Below, piece by piece: positions 1 through 9,586 of a DNA stretch of 32,116 nucleotides. Position 1 is the stretch's first letter. Each line of letters starts with the position of its first letter. Source of the stretch: a virus (taxonomy: Duplodnaviria; Caudoviricetes); IMG/VR virus record IMGVR_UViG_3300012346_000150, positions 1 to 32,116 of that record, one strand, 5' to 3'. Position numbers and translations under genes: made by a program. The notes beneath the pieces were generated by a model. The model searched no databases. It had not been told where the DNA came from and saw only the letters and a list, made by a program, of their open reading frames with translations.

Positions 1-1189
1 CAATAGCTATGTTATTAGTTCCAGTTCCTGCACCTTTACCAACTTTTACACTATTGACTAAAATATCTTGACTAAAAGTTTTTGCTCCTGTTATTGTTTC
101 AGTACCTGCCAAATGAACAACTAAAGAATCGTTAGCTGGAGTATAACCTAATACCTCTGCGATTGTTTTATTCTCCCATAAAGAATTTGAACTATTATAA
201 AATATCCCATCATTGTTTGCTACGCTTGAAATAGCTACATCGTGCAACTCGTTTAATTCGTATCCGTTTTGTATTTTAACCTCAACCACCCCTTGTGTTG
301 GATGGCTTCTTACTACGATACCTACATAAACTAAATGTATTGGAGCAGATGTCTTTGTTGAAGTCCAAGCACCTGCCGTTGTACCACTTAAATAAAGTTG
401 CGTACCTACCGTATATGCTTGAGTATCTAAATCCATTATAGAACCTGCAACAACTACAAATCCGTTGTTATTGTTCGTAATATCAGCTTGAACTACACCA
501 TAAGTTTGTGCAGAAGTATTATCAGCGTTAGCCTGTGCCTTTGTTATTGTAGGCAAATTACCTTGACCGCTATTGATATAAACGATTGTACCTTTTGTTA
601 AAGTAGCACCTGTTGAATTATATACCTCTGTAATTAATCTTTTTGCTTCTTGTGCAGTTGATGGGAAAGTAGCCAAGCTACCATCTCCTCTAACATATTG
701 AGCAGTTGTACCTGCAAAATTTAAGGAAATATTACCAGAACTTGTAATTGGAGAACTACTTATAGTTAAAGCATTTGCGCTTGTAGTTAATCCAACCGAA
801 GTAACGGTACCAACAGACCAGCTTCTATTTGCTGATAAATCATAAGTCGTTCCGTTAATAGTTAATGTTCGAGAAGTTGGAACATACCCGCTTAAATCTA
901 TAGTAGCCAAAGAACCATCACCTTTTACATACTGACTGCTCGTTCCTGCAAATGCTATATTGATATTCCCAGCACCTGTTACAGGACTTCCTGTAATTGT
1001 TAAAGCGGCACTTGATTCTGTAATCCCAATGGAAGTAACACCAAAGTCAAGATGCGATTGCATCCAATCCTCTATTGTTGATATTGTAACCTTATTTGTA
1101 GTGGAAGCACCTAATGCCACAATCGGAAGGACATCATTATTCTCAATGGCTGTCCTTTCTACTAACTGACTTATCCTTTTATCGCTCAT
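1..1189 (-). CDS. Tail fibre / receptor-binding protein, 5' part (runs off the left edge; absent from the ORF track)
   Basis: Manual translation from ATG at 1189 is open to position 1: MSDKRISQLVERTAIENNDVLPIV...GVTSIGIT...AGTSSQYVKGDGSLAT...SRTLTINGTTYDLSANRSW...GYELNELHDVAI...HLAGTETITGAKTF. Thr/Gly/Ser-rich fibre-like repeats; follows the tail structural genes. Confidence 0.8.
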   Translation of the reverse strand, partial: MSDKRISQLVERTAIENNDVLPIVALGASTTNKVTISTIEDWMQSHLDFGVTSIGITESSAALTITGSPVTGAGNINIAFAGTSSQYVKGDGSLATIDLSGYVPTSRTLTINGTTYDLSANRSWSVGTVTSVGLTTSANALTISSSPITSSGNISLNFAGTTAQYVRGDGSLATFPSTAQEAKRLITEVYNSTGATLTKGTIVYINSGQGNLPTITKAQANADNTSAQTYGVVQADITNNNNGFVVVAGSIMDLDTQAYTVGTQLYLSGTTAGAWTSTKTSAPIHLVYVGIVVRSHPTQGVVEVKIQNGYELNELHDVAISSVANNDGIFYNSSNSLWENKTIAEVLGYTPANDSLVVHLAGTETITGAKTFSQDILVNSVKVGKGAGTGTNNIAI

Positions 1190-1194
1190 ACTCT

Positions 1195-3354
1195 TTAAAT
1201 ATAAAATTTATTAATTCCGTTTTCCTGCAACATATAGTAGTCTGTTTCTAATAATATGTATTCATACTCCAATGGAGCAACTTCAGCAAGTATCTTAAAT
1301 AAACTAACCTGCGACAAAGTGTTTTGTATTGGGTTAAACTTATCTATCTTTTGAAGGTTATAGTAATGATTTCCAACCTTTACAATAGTTCTAAAATCTA
1401 AGTCCATTATATCCTGTGGAGTTAAATAGAACTTACCTTCTAATAACCTGCTATTCTTATCCCCAATAGCGCTAATTAGAGGCTCGTAGTAAGCACCAAA
1501 TAAGTTGGCTGAAGGATATTCCCCGATACTAAAATAAACCTCTTTAGGAGTTCCAAAAAGCAAATCATTAACAGGCTCTATTGGGTCGTTCAAATGCCCT
1601 GCATAAGGATAAGCCGAATAAGAAGACGAACCAGCTTCAAAAGTCATAGTCCAATTTGTAGGACAAGGTACTTGTGGTTTCCAATAGGCTATTCTTGCTT
1701 TAAAGTTGTCTACTACCTTAACATTATTTTCTACCTTATAAAGGTGTATCATAACCCTTCCAGCCACTTCCTCTCTCATTACAGGTGGTGCAAAGATTAC
1801 TTTTATTGTTTTAGTATCTAACTGGAAGTCGTTATCTATAATTGTTCTGCTTTCTCCGTAGCCTTCGTTGAACTTTGTTTTGTAAAAGGTACTCCAATAG
1901 TCTGCATCGTCTTCAAAAGCAATCCTGTATTCCTTTGCCGTAAGTTCGCTTAATGGAGTAATTACTATATCGCTACTCTGGTCTAATTTATCAGTCCAAT
2001 CTACCGCCTCGTTTTTAAATGCACGATAAAACAGGGTGTAAGGTACTATTTCTAAAACATTATCCCTTAGCTTATCCTGTGTTATATATAGGTTGTGCAT
2101 TGTAATAATACTCTTTAAAAAATCCCTTTGCTTCATACTCTTTGGAAGGGTATCAGCTATTTCGATAGTATCACCTTCTTGTATATCTACTGCTATTGGT
2201 ACAATATTCCCAATTGATATATCTTGATTATTGTTGATAATACGCATATCTAAATTACCTGCAGTAGCTTCGCCTTCTAAAAATACTTCTACATAATCAT
2301 TTTCTTTAAACTCTGCGTTTACATTCACATCAATATCCCAATTGAAGTAATCGTCAATACTATTGAAATTTATAATTCTTGTTCTTTCAATTACAGGTAT
2401 TCCGTTTATTGATACTCTCAAAGTCCAATTAGTCTTCCAAGTAGTTGGACCTGCCAATGGTTCAAATCTAAAATTACCTATATAGTGTAAGCCTGTTTTA
2501 ATAGTCTGCTCTCTGTTCCAAGTAAACTTTATCCCACTATTATTAGTAAACCCATTATTTACAGTGGGTGTAAAATATTGTGGTTCTAAATATGTTGCAC
2601 CTGTTGCCTCATATTCATAAGAGTCACCATCTGCGTTTAATATTGTTGTAAGCTGCTTAGTTATCCCCTTTTCAGCCGTAATTAAAAGTAGCTTTTTAAA
2701 GTATTGAGTATCAAAGAATGGTGCAACTATTTCGAATCCTGCCTCTGCAAACATTCTTTTTAAGATTTCCCTTACAAATATAGCTGGTTTGAAATTCTTT
2801 AAAGGGTAACTAATTCCGTCTACACTTAATCCGTAATCAACCAAAGGGTATACATAATTGTCTTGCCCATCTACCCATTGAGTTCTTTCCCAGCTATCTA
2901 CAATATTAGCATTGTTCCAGATATGCGCATAGTCGCTAAAATCAAGGTCAGCTAAGGTCTTATCCCCTAACTCCTGTATAATATCTCTAAGTCTACCAAA
3001 TAGATTTGTCTCATAAGTGATACCGCCTTGTGTATTATTTACCTTACTAAGCCTTAAAATTCCATCAAATATTTTAACATTGTCTAAGTAAACCTGCGCC
3101 TTAGCCTGTTTTGAAGGGTTAAAGTTCACAAGTATATTAGGGTCTGTACTATAATAGTCGTTATTAATTGAAATATCAAATATATTACCGAACAATTTTT
3201 GATTGACAGGTGTAGATGGAAGGATTATTGTTTTAGAATAATTTGTGTTTCGCTTCTCAATGTCGCTAATTTCGGAAATAGAATAAGTAAAGTCCACATC
3301 AATATCACCTAATGTGTCTACTTCGTACCCTTCTACAAATAAAGTTGTTGCCAT
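1195..3354 (-). CDS. Tail tip / baseplate-hub-like virion structural protein (719 aa)
   Basis: Long ORF between a tail protein and the fibre. The N-terminus (ISEISDIEKRNTNYSKTIILPSTPVNQKLF) and YPLVDYG resemble Bacteroidota siphophage tail-tip proteins. Confidence 0.65.
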   Translation of the reverse strand: MATTLFVEGYEVDTLGDIDVDFTYSISEISDIEKRNTNYSKTIILPSTPVNQKLFGNIFDISINNDYYSTDPNILVNFNPSKQAKAQVYLDNVKIFDGILRLSKVNNTQGGITYETNLFGRLRDIIQELGDKTLADLDFSDYAHIWNNANIVDSWERTQWVDGQDNYVYPLVDYGLSVDGISYPLKNFKPAIFVREILKRMFAEAGFEIVAPFFDTQYFKKLLLITAEKGITKQLTTILNADGDSYEYEATGATYLEPQYFTPTVNNGFTNNSGIKFTWNREQTIKTGLHYIGNFRFEPLAGPTTWKTNWTLRVSINGIPVIERTRIINFNSIDDYFNWDIDVNVNAEFKENDYVEVFLEGEATAGNLDMRIINNNQDISIGNIVPIAVDIQEGDTIEIADTLPKSMKQRDFLKSIITMHNLYITQDKLRDNVLEIVPYTLFYRAFKNEAVDWTDKLDQSSDIVITPLSELTAKEYRIAFEDDADYWSTFYKTKFNEGYGESRTIIDNDFQLDTKTIKVIFAPPVMREEVAGRVMIHLYKVENNVKVVDNFKARIAYWKPQVPCPTNWTMTFEAGSSSYSAYPYAGHLNDPIEPVNDLLFGTPKEVYFSIGEYPSANLFGAYYEPLISAIGDKNSRLLEGKFYLTPQDIMDLDFRTIVKVGNHYYNLQKIDKFNPIQNTLSQVSLFKILAEVAPLEYEYILLETDYYMLQENGINKFYI

Positions 3355-3355
3355 A

Positions 3356-4531
3356 TTATATTGATTGTCTTGTATTTACTAAACCAAATTCAAGGTCGAG
3401 TTCCAAGTTAAATAATTTATCACTAATTGATTTCTTCATCTCATAACTATTAGGAGATAGTTTAACAGGAATCCAGCTATTTTCTACAAAGGTATCGTTT
3501 ACTAAGTTCATATATACCAAAGGACTTGAATAAAGTTGTCTTGCAAGTTCGCTTTGATGGTCTGTTAAGTAATCAGAAGTAATTTTCCACTTTTGCGTTT
3601 CCTTTACATAATAAACAGGGTTCAAGTTCTTAACAATATTTGAGGAAGCAATAAACACATCATCCGTGTAGTCCTTCTGGTAGCTTTTACGTTCTATATC
3701 AAAAGTTGTTTTGCTAACTAAATCAAAGTTTAAAAAGTCATACGCTCCGTATCTATTTAAGTAAGCCAATCTCATTGGTTCATACTTTCCACATTCTTGG
3801 GTATATAGTGTTGCAACATAAGCCACCCTTGCAGAGCCGTTGTTATAATTTAAAGAAACTTCTATTTTATCTACTACTCCATAAGTTAGTGGTGTAACTT
3901 TGAAATAAGTAATTGTTTCGGTGGTGTATGATGGTGCCGCTATTACTTGGTCGCTGGTAGTTCCGTTGCTTAGGTATATCTTTAATTTTAGGCTTGTAAT
4001 CTTCCCATTGTTATAGAAAGCAAACACTTGCGAATCGCTACTCCTTAACTTAATTGTGTCCCAATCTGTTAAAGCATTGTAAGTTTCGTTTTCAGTTCCA
4101 TTATATAAAGCCTCATTAAATCCTTTTAATTCTAATAAAGGAAACGCACCTGCAAATGCAATCTTTGTTGCACTAACCACTTCCGAAGATAATACGATAA
4201 CATATTCCCCTGCTATTTCATAATACTCGTAGCATTTAATATAAAACTTTTGTAAAAGTTCTGTGCTATTTATTGCCGTACTTGAAGGTAATATCCCTTT
4301 CGTATATGTAAAGTTAGTCTGAACATATTTACTTATATCAAATTGTATAGGGTCGGCTGGGTTTGCTGGACTATCATAATAAGCAGTAGCCATTAGTTCG
4401 TCTGCTCCGTTGTAAACTTTCACCACATACTTAAATCCAATCTGGTTAGCGTTAGTACTAATTATGCTATAATTGATTCGGTTGAAGGCTGGTAATAATG
4501 TACCTGTGGGTTGTGTTAGTGTTAAACTCAT
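3356..4531 (-). CDS. Putative tail structural protein, distal-tail-like (391 aa)
   Basis: Beta-rich ORF with a YLNRYGAYDFLNF motif like those in Bacteroidota phage tail proteins; tightly coupled to neighbouring genes. Confidence 0.55.
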   Translation of the reverse strand: MSLTLTQPTGTLLPAFNRINYSIISTNANQIGFKYVVKVYNGADELMATAYYDSPANPADPIQFDISKYVQTNFTYTKGILPSSTAINSTELLQKFYIKCYEYYEIAGEYVIVLSSEVVSATKIAFAGAFPLLELKGFNEALYNGTENETYNALTDWDTIKLRSSDSQVFAFYNNGKITSLKLKIYLSNGTTSDQVIAAPSYTTETITYFKVTPLTYGVVDKIEVSLNYNNGSARVAYVATLYTQECGKYEPMRLAYLNRYGAYDFLNFDLVSKTTFDIERKSYQKDYTDDVFIASSNIVKNLNPVYYVKETQKWKITSDYLTDHQSELARQLYSSPLVYMNLVNDTFVENSWIPVKLSPNSYEMKKSISDKLFNLELDLEFGLVNTRQSI

Positions 4532-5154
4532 TTTGTAACTTTTAAGATTAAAGAATTAAGACCTATTGTATCTAATTCTACTTTATATTTCGGTAATACT
4601 GCGTCTAATGACCTTTGCTTGTAGTTCCTTCCTTCAATACCATACTTCTTGATATAGTATGCAAGACTGCTTCCCTCTGGTCTAATAAACTTTCCTTTTC
4701 TTTCTCCTTTGATTTTATTTGTGGCTTCAGTTTCTATATTCTTACCTCTTGCCCACTTACTTAACCCAGCAAGTGCGGCTGGTGGCATTCCGTAGGTTTT
4801 AAACTGATACATTCTTCCTTCAGCGTTCTTATAGGTCTTTCTTCGGTTCTGTATTCCTCGTACTCCCTTATCTATGTAGTCGGCATAATCTGCACCGAAC
4901 CCTATCTCTAATCTGTAACCCCCTTTATATTCCTTAACTCCAATAACCTTGATAGTACTTTGTAACTTACCCGATTCACCAACAGGCGCTAACTCCTCCA
5001 GCTTATTTACCAATTCAATACCCAAACGATTAAGAATACCTGTAAGGCTTTTATTCATTGTTTCGTCTATCGCACCAATATACTCCTTATCCGTTAGCCT
5101 TCTGCCTCCTATATTAAATAAAGCGTCTACCTGTTCTTGTGTTGCAACTCCCAT
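4528..5154 (-). CDS. HK97 gp10-like tail completion / neck protein
   Basis: Motifs LAPVGESGKLQSTI and ADYADYIDKGVRG match the AP.dTG.L..SI / YA.YVe.G pattern of gp10-like proteins. Confidence 0.6.
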   Translation of the reverse strand: MGVATQEQVDALFNIGGRRLTDKEYIGAIDETMNKSLTGILNRLGIELVNKLEELAPVGESGKLQSTIKVIGVKEYKGGYRLEIGFGADYADYIDKGVRGIQNRRKTYKNAEGRMYQFKTYGMPPAALAGLSKWARGKNIETEATNKIKGERKGKFIRPEGSSLAYYIKKYGIEGRNYKQRSLDAVLPKYKVELDTIGLNSLILKVTK

Positions 5155-5400
5155 TGTTTGTATTGTAGTTCTTTGTATTTATTGTAATCTTTTAAATATG
5201 CCAATGTGTTTAGGAATTGGATTATTGGTAGTTTATAGGCTTCAGTCACGGTACAATTTTCAAAGTCAGCTACTTCCTTAGCGGAAACAACCCAACCCCA
5301 TCGTCCCATAAACGAAGCAGCATCACCTTCGTTTCCTCCTTCAGTTCGGAAGAGGTTAGTATATCTTTTATTAATTCCTTGAATAGTTGATAAAAAAAAA
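5127..5400 (-). CDS. Tail assembly chaperone C-terminal extension (lambda T-like), reached by -1 frameshift
   Basis: The -1 frame is open from the T9 run (5392-5400) through the 60-aa ORF 5127..5309: FLSTIQGINKRYTNLFRTEGGNEGDAASFMGRWGWVV...FLNTLAYLKD. Confidence 0.7.
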
Positions 5401-5854
5401 CCATACTTCCATAAACCTGTAAGAAGTTAGCTTCTAATAAGTCCTCTGCCACCTTGTCGTGTGGTACAACTCCATACTCAATATACTTATCGCCTTGCAT
5501 TGGTAAAAAGAAACAAGCCGCTACCTTATTAATAGCAACTATTTCCCCACCAAAAGAACTAATATCAATATACTGCCCTGCATTGATTTCGCTTATCTCG
5601 AAGCAAAACTTATATCGATTATCGCCAACCTGTAAATAATCAACAGGCTTTGTTTCTGGCATATTGTTCCAGAAGGATAACTTCTCATTGAAAAGTTCAA
5701 TCAACTTCCTGTACTTAATGTAATCGTATTCTTCTTCGTCTTTCCCTTCTATATAAGCTAACATCTTCTGTTGCTTCTCAACTAAGGTTAAGTTCTGGTT
5801 TACGTCTATATCGTAAAGGCTAATAAAATCTTTTACTTTTAATTTATCCCACAT
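5270..5854 (-). CDS. Tail assembly chaperone (lambda G-like)
   Basis: 194-aa acidic ORF containing slippery GTT TTT TTT TAT (VFFY), with an overlapping downstream ORF in the -1 frame. Confidence 0.65.
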   Translation of the reverse strand: MWDKLKVKDFISLYDIDVNQNLTLVEKQQKMLAYIEGKDEEEYDYIKYRKLIELFNEKLSFWNNMPETKPVDYLQVGDNRYKFCFEISEINAGQYIDISSFGGEIVAINKVAACFFLPMQGDKYIEYGVVPHDKVAEDLLEANFLQVYGSMVFFYQLFKELIKDILTSSELKEETKVMLLRLWDDGVGLFPLRK

Positions 5855-5884
5855 ACTTTTAAATATTAGTTTAATTGGTTTCGT

Positions 5885-7078
5885 TTATCTAAATGAGTAC
5901 ATTCCCTTATTGCTTACCCTTAATTCATTTAGGGCAAAGTACCTAAGAGCATCTATTGCGTGGTTGTTGAAGTCCACAGGTTCATTGAGCAACCCTCCGT
6001 TTTTGTCCGTTCTGTATTTGTAAGTACTTATTTCCTTCCCTATAACATCACCAGCCAGATAACGAATATCGTAACGCTTTAAAATATCTATGCCGTTGTT
6101 AATTGAATCTTTACCCTTGTTCGCTCCCTTAATGTTTCGCCACCCATCTCTGTAAAGTTCCTCGATACTTTTAGGTTCAGCAGAATCGGCAATTAGAGGC
6201 TTAAATTTGCTCACTCCTAACTCGGTAAGCCTTTTGCTTATATCTTGATTTGTAAGTCCTCTTTCGTAGATTAAAGTGGTAATAAATAGCATTCCGTCTT
6301 GCTTCCTAACTTCTACAAGGCTGGTAGGGTCTATTGAGTACCCAAAGTCCAATCCGTAGCCTATGACTTCCCCTTTTATTTCCTCACAAGGGTTTATGTT
6401 TTTAAATATCAAGCCTTCTATTGTACCCCACTCCCCAACTCCATAAACATTCCATAAGGCTGGGTCTGTTGTTTTCAGTAACTCAATTTCCGTAACAAGG
6501 GATTCTTCTAAGAAAGGGTTATCCCTATATGAACTAACTATTACTTCCACATCTCCAACTTGGTGTTGTCTGTTGTCCTCTAAATCGGTTTTAATAAAGT
6601 GGGTTGGGTTACTTGGGTTTAAGGCTAAGAATATTTGCCCTGTGGTACGAAATAGTAATTGTTGCCATTCAGCCTTGCTTATTTCGTTTGCCTCGTCTAT
6701 GAATAGGTGCTTACGCTTCCTTCCTCGTACCTTTGTTTCTTGGTCAATAGAAAAGAATTCAACCAGCCTGTTTCCGAACTTAAACTCCCTATCTGTTTTG
6801 TTATAGTCAATAAATTGCATTAGGTCGTTACTCTCTAAAATCTCTATAAAATCCCTAAGCGTTGTGCTTCTTAAAGCTGGAAGGTATTTACGAACTATCG
6901 AGAATACCCCTTTGTCGTCTATTGTCTGTCCTATATTGCCTGTGATAAGCCATATTGCCGCCAACTGACTAATAGAGTACGACTTACCGCTTCTTGTTCC
7001 GCCACGATTAATGCGTATCTTTTTATTAGTTTGTAGGTTGCGTAAGTAAACTGCACTACTTTTTATCTTTAGCTTCAC
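5885..7078 (-). CDS. terL: Terminase large subunit, PBSX family
   Basis: Walker A GGTRSGKS, Walker B LFIDEANE, coupling motif LNP, nuclease motifs GLDFGYSIDP and NHAIDALRY. Confidence 0.95.
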   Translation of the reverse strand: MKLKIKSSAVYLRNLQTNKKIRINRGGTRSGKSYSISQLAAIWLITGNIGQTIDDKGVFSIVRKYLPALRSTTLRDFIEILESNDLMQFIDYNKTDREFKFGNRLVEFFSIDQETKVRGRKRKHLFIDEANEISKAEWQQLLFRTTGQIFLALNPSNPTHFIKTDLEDNRQHQVGDVEVIVSSYRDNPFLEESLVTEIELLKTTDPALWNVYGVGEWGTIEGLIFKNINPCEEIKGEVIGYGLDFGYSIDPTSLVEVRKQDGMLFITTLIYERGLTNQDISKRLTELGVSKFKPLIADSAEPKSIEELYRDGWRNIKGANKGKDSINNGIDILKRYDIRYLAGDVIGKEISTYKYRTDKNGGLLNEPVDFNNHAIDALRYFALNELRVSNKGMYSFR

Positions 7079-7430
7079 GGGTTATAATTTCTACTTCAAT
7101 GCCTGTAATGTTTAAGTTTCCATCTACCTGTACCTGTTCCTTCGGCTTACCTAATACCCTGTTCCAAAGTGTGTCCATTGAATACAGGCTTCCTTTCTTC
7201 CACGACTTATAAAGGGCATTAGCTATTGTCTTTTCCAATATGGTTGCGTTCTTATCTTCGTGTACTTCCTTAAGTTCGTCCATCGTCATTGCCATAATAG
7301 CCTGTATCGTGTCGTTGATTTCGCTTTGCTTGTAACCTATCTCCTTCAGCTGGGTTACAAACTTTTTTGGTCTTCCGTTTGGATTACCGCTTTGACCCTT
7401 TACAAATGGTATTAAATGTTCCTTGCTCAT
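7056..7430 (-). CDS. terS: Terminase small subunit-like protein (DUF5681-type N-terminus)
   Basis: FVKGQSGNPNGRPK N-terminus and RVLGKPKEQ C-terminus; immediately upstream of terL. Confidence 0.75.
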   Translation of the reverse strand: MSKEHLIPFVKGQSGNPNGRPKKFVTQLKEIGYKQSEINDTIQAIMAMTMDELKEVHEDKNATILEKTIANALYKSWKKGSLYSMDTLWNRVLGKPKEQVQVDGNLNITGIEVEIITREAKDKK

Positions 7431-7445
7431 TCTGTTCTTCTTCTG

Positions 7446-8015
7446 TTATTTAATGTGAGATAAGAATTCGTGCCTTGCATTATCTACCTCTTTAAATACC
7501 CCTAATAACTTATTGGTAGTAGTCCAAGTATCGTGCTTCCTTACTCCTCTCATTGACATACAAAGATGCTGTGCGGTTAAACTTACTGCTACTCCTTTTG
7601 GATTAAGTTCATTCCATAACCTTTCTGCTACCTGTGTAGTGATTCTTTCTTGATTCTGGAACCTATTGGCATAAAAGTCCAATGTTCTTGCTAACTTACT
7701 TAAACCAACTATTTTTCCGTTTGGTATATAGGCTATTGTTCCTGTTCCAAAGAATGGTGCGGTATGGTGTTCGCATAAAGAATAGAATGGAATGTTAGTT
7801 TGAATAATCATTTCATCTGTTCCCTCTGCATCAAAGGTAGTAAAATTGAACTTTTTAGGCTCTAAGAACTCCCTCATAAATTTAACATACCTCTTTGGTG
7901 TCTCTTGTAAGCCTTCTCTTTGTGCATCCTCTCCTAAGTCAGTTAAAATGTGTTGAAAGTGCCATTCTGCACTAAATGGTTCATACTCTCTTAAACTCCT
8001 GTTTTCTTGTTCCAT
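7446..8015 (-). CDS. folE: GTP cyclohydrolase I
   Basis: ETPKR, SLCEHH..PFFG, GLSKLAR, QERIT and HLCMSMRGV motifs are all intact. Confidence 0.97.
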   Translation of the reverse strand: MEQENRSLREYEPFSAEWHFQHILTDLGEDAQREGLQETPKRYVKFMREFLEPKKFNFTTFDAEGTDEMIIQTNIPFYSLCEHHTAPFFGTGTIAYIPNGKIVGLSKLARTLDFYANRFQNQERITTQVAERLWNELNPKGVAVSLTAQHLCMSMRGVRKHDTWTTTNKLLGVFKEVDNARHEFLSHIK

Positions 8016-8713
8016 ATTTCAATATGTATTCGGTTAGTTAATCTTATGTAATTTTGTTTGCATATTTCAGCAACTAATTCTTTTGTTGTTAATAGTTCTT
8101 CTTGATTGCTTCCAGCTGGCATTAATGTTATGTAACTTTTATCTAAGTATGGAAGAAAGTCTTTTTTTATTTCCTCCCAATCGCTTACATTAGATACCAC
8201 AAATTTAAACTGACAATCCCAATCTGTTATGGCTTCAAGTACATCTACATTAATTCTATCTCTCTTTTCCATACCGCTATTAGCTAACTTTGGAGATACG
8301 TTCCATTGCGATACTAATTCAAACATATCTTGACTTGGCATTATTGTACCATTTGTTTCAATCTCTACATAAGGGAAAGGGTGTAAAGTCTCTAAATACT
8401 CAATAAACCCTACTATGTTCTTTTGTTGTAACATTGGTTCCCCTCCTGTTATAATAACGTGAGCACCATTCTTTATTGCCTCTTTACAATCTTCTGGTAG
8501 TATATCTTCATAAGGTTTACTTTTGCCCTTAATCCATACTTCAATACTATCACATCTCCAGGTTGCTCCATCGTGCAAATTACCATCTTTTTCTGTTCCT
8601 TTACCTCCACACATAAGGTTACAACCAGCTAACCTAACAAATACTGCTGGTATACCTGTTGTCTTTCCTTCTCCTTGTATAGAGTAAAATACTTCACTAA
8701 CTGCCAATTTCAT
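7991..8713 (-). CDS. queE: 7-carboxy-7-deazaguanine synthase (radical SAM)
   Basis: EVFYSIQGEG...PAVFVRLAGCNLMC...WRCDS, ITGGEP, IETNGT, VSPKL, RIHIEIW. Confidence 0.95.
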   Translation of the reverse strand: MKLAVSEVFYSIQGEGKTTGIPAVFVRLAGCNLMCGGKGTEKDGNLHDGATWRCDSIEVWIKGKSKPYEDILPEDCKEAIKNGAHVIITGGEPMLQQKNIVGFIEYLETLHPFPYVEIETNGTIMPSQDMFELVSQWNVSPKLANSGMEKRDRINVDVLEAITDWDCQFKFVVSNVSDWEEIKKDFLPYLDKSYITLMPAGSNQEELLTTKELVAEICKQNYIRLTNRIHIEIWNKKTGV

Positions 8714-9092
8714 ATATTACGTTGCTTGATTTTGTTTCTGCCAATTCTATTTTAACTATTGGCAAATAAGTTTTAATTTGATTGAATATCCATATAGCCA
8801 TATTCTCTGCACTTGTTTCGAATGGTAATTCTACAAATGGTTCGTTAGCCAAATTTAATACATCGCATAATGAATCTTCTTTATATAGTAAGAAGTGATG
8901 GTCGTATTGCTTTATAATAGGTTCTACTACTTTATCTATATCTGAGAATAACATTGTAACACCATCTTTCATTTCATTAAATTTAAAGTGGCATACAACA
9001 TCGTAGGTATGTCCGTGTATTCTACCACACTTCTCTCCTGCATTCTTATTCCTGTGTGCCGCGTAAAAATGATACTTCTTTTCTATTTTCAT
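8697..9092 (-). CDS. queD: 6-carboxy-5,6,7,8-tetrahydropterin synthase
   Basis: FYAAHR, canonical CxxxHGH (CGRIHGH), DHHFL, TSAENMA, ET motif. Confidence 0.95.
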   Translation of the reverse strand: MKIEKKYHFYAAHRNKNAGEKCGRIHGHTYDVVCHFKFNEMKDGVTMLFSDIDKVVEPIIKQYDHHFLLYKEDSLCDVLNLANEPFVELPFETSAENMAIWIFNQIKTYLPIVKIELAETKSSNVIYEIGS

Positions 9093-9586
9093 ATATGTAA
9101 TTTAAACTTTTTAAATAATAACCAATACCAAAACAACCCTCCTAAAAATTTAAGTAATATCTGTCCTCCACTTATTTCAATATTAACAAAGTTAAATGCA
9201 ACTAATTGAAAAACAATACTATCTGCTATAATTCCAATAAAATCACTTCCATTAACTTTAATAAAGTAACTTCTATTTATTACAGATTGATAAAAGATAC
9301 CAGCTACTACCTGTGCTGAAATAAACCCAAAGGCAGAACCTAATGCTATATTCAAAGAATCCTTATTAATAAAATAAGTAATTAATGAAGCGGCTATAAC
9401 TAAACTACCCAACTTAAATATCAACTCTCTGCCCTTCCATTGTTCGTGAAACATACATCTTAATACAAAATCAAAAGGTATTAAGAACAAAGAAGTAAAT
9501 ATTAATCCTTTTGGGCCGAACCAAAGGATAATAAAATTAGCAAGTATAAAAGCTAATAAATAAAGACTAATCTTGATTCCCTGCAT
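9089..9586 (-). CDS. yhhQ: VUT-family (YhhQ-like) queuosine-precursor transporter
   Basis: Several hydrophobic helices with ILAN, FDFVLR, IALGS, N.SD.IG..ADS.VF..VAF; lies inside the que cluster. Confidence 0.8.
   Translation of the reverse strand: MQGIKISLYLLAFILANFIILWFGPKGLIFTSLFLIPFDFVLRCMFHEQWKGRELIFKLGSLVIAASLITYFINKDSLNIALGSAFGFISAQVVAGIFYQSVINRSYFIKVNGSDFIGIIADSIVFQLVAFNFVNIEISGGQILLKFLGGLFWYWLLFKKFKLHI

Noticed and set aside
7446-9092. folE/queD/queE as auxiliary genes for folate or tRNA queuosine
   Set aside because: The adjacent DpdA-like gene and the absence of queC/queF/queA favour DNA modification.
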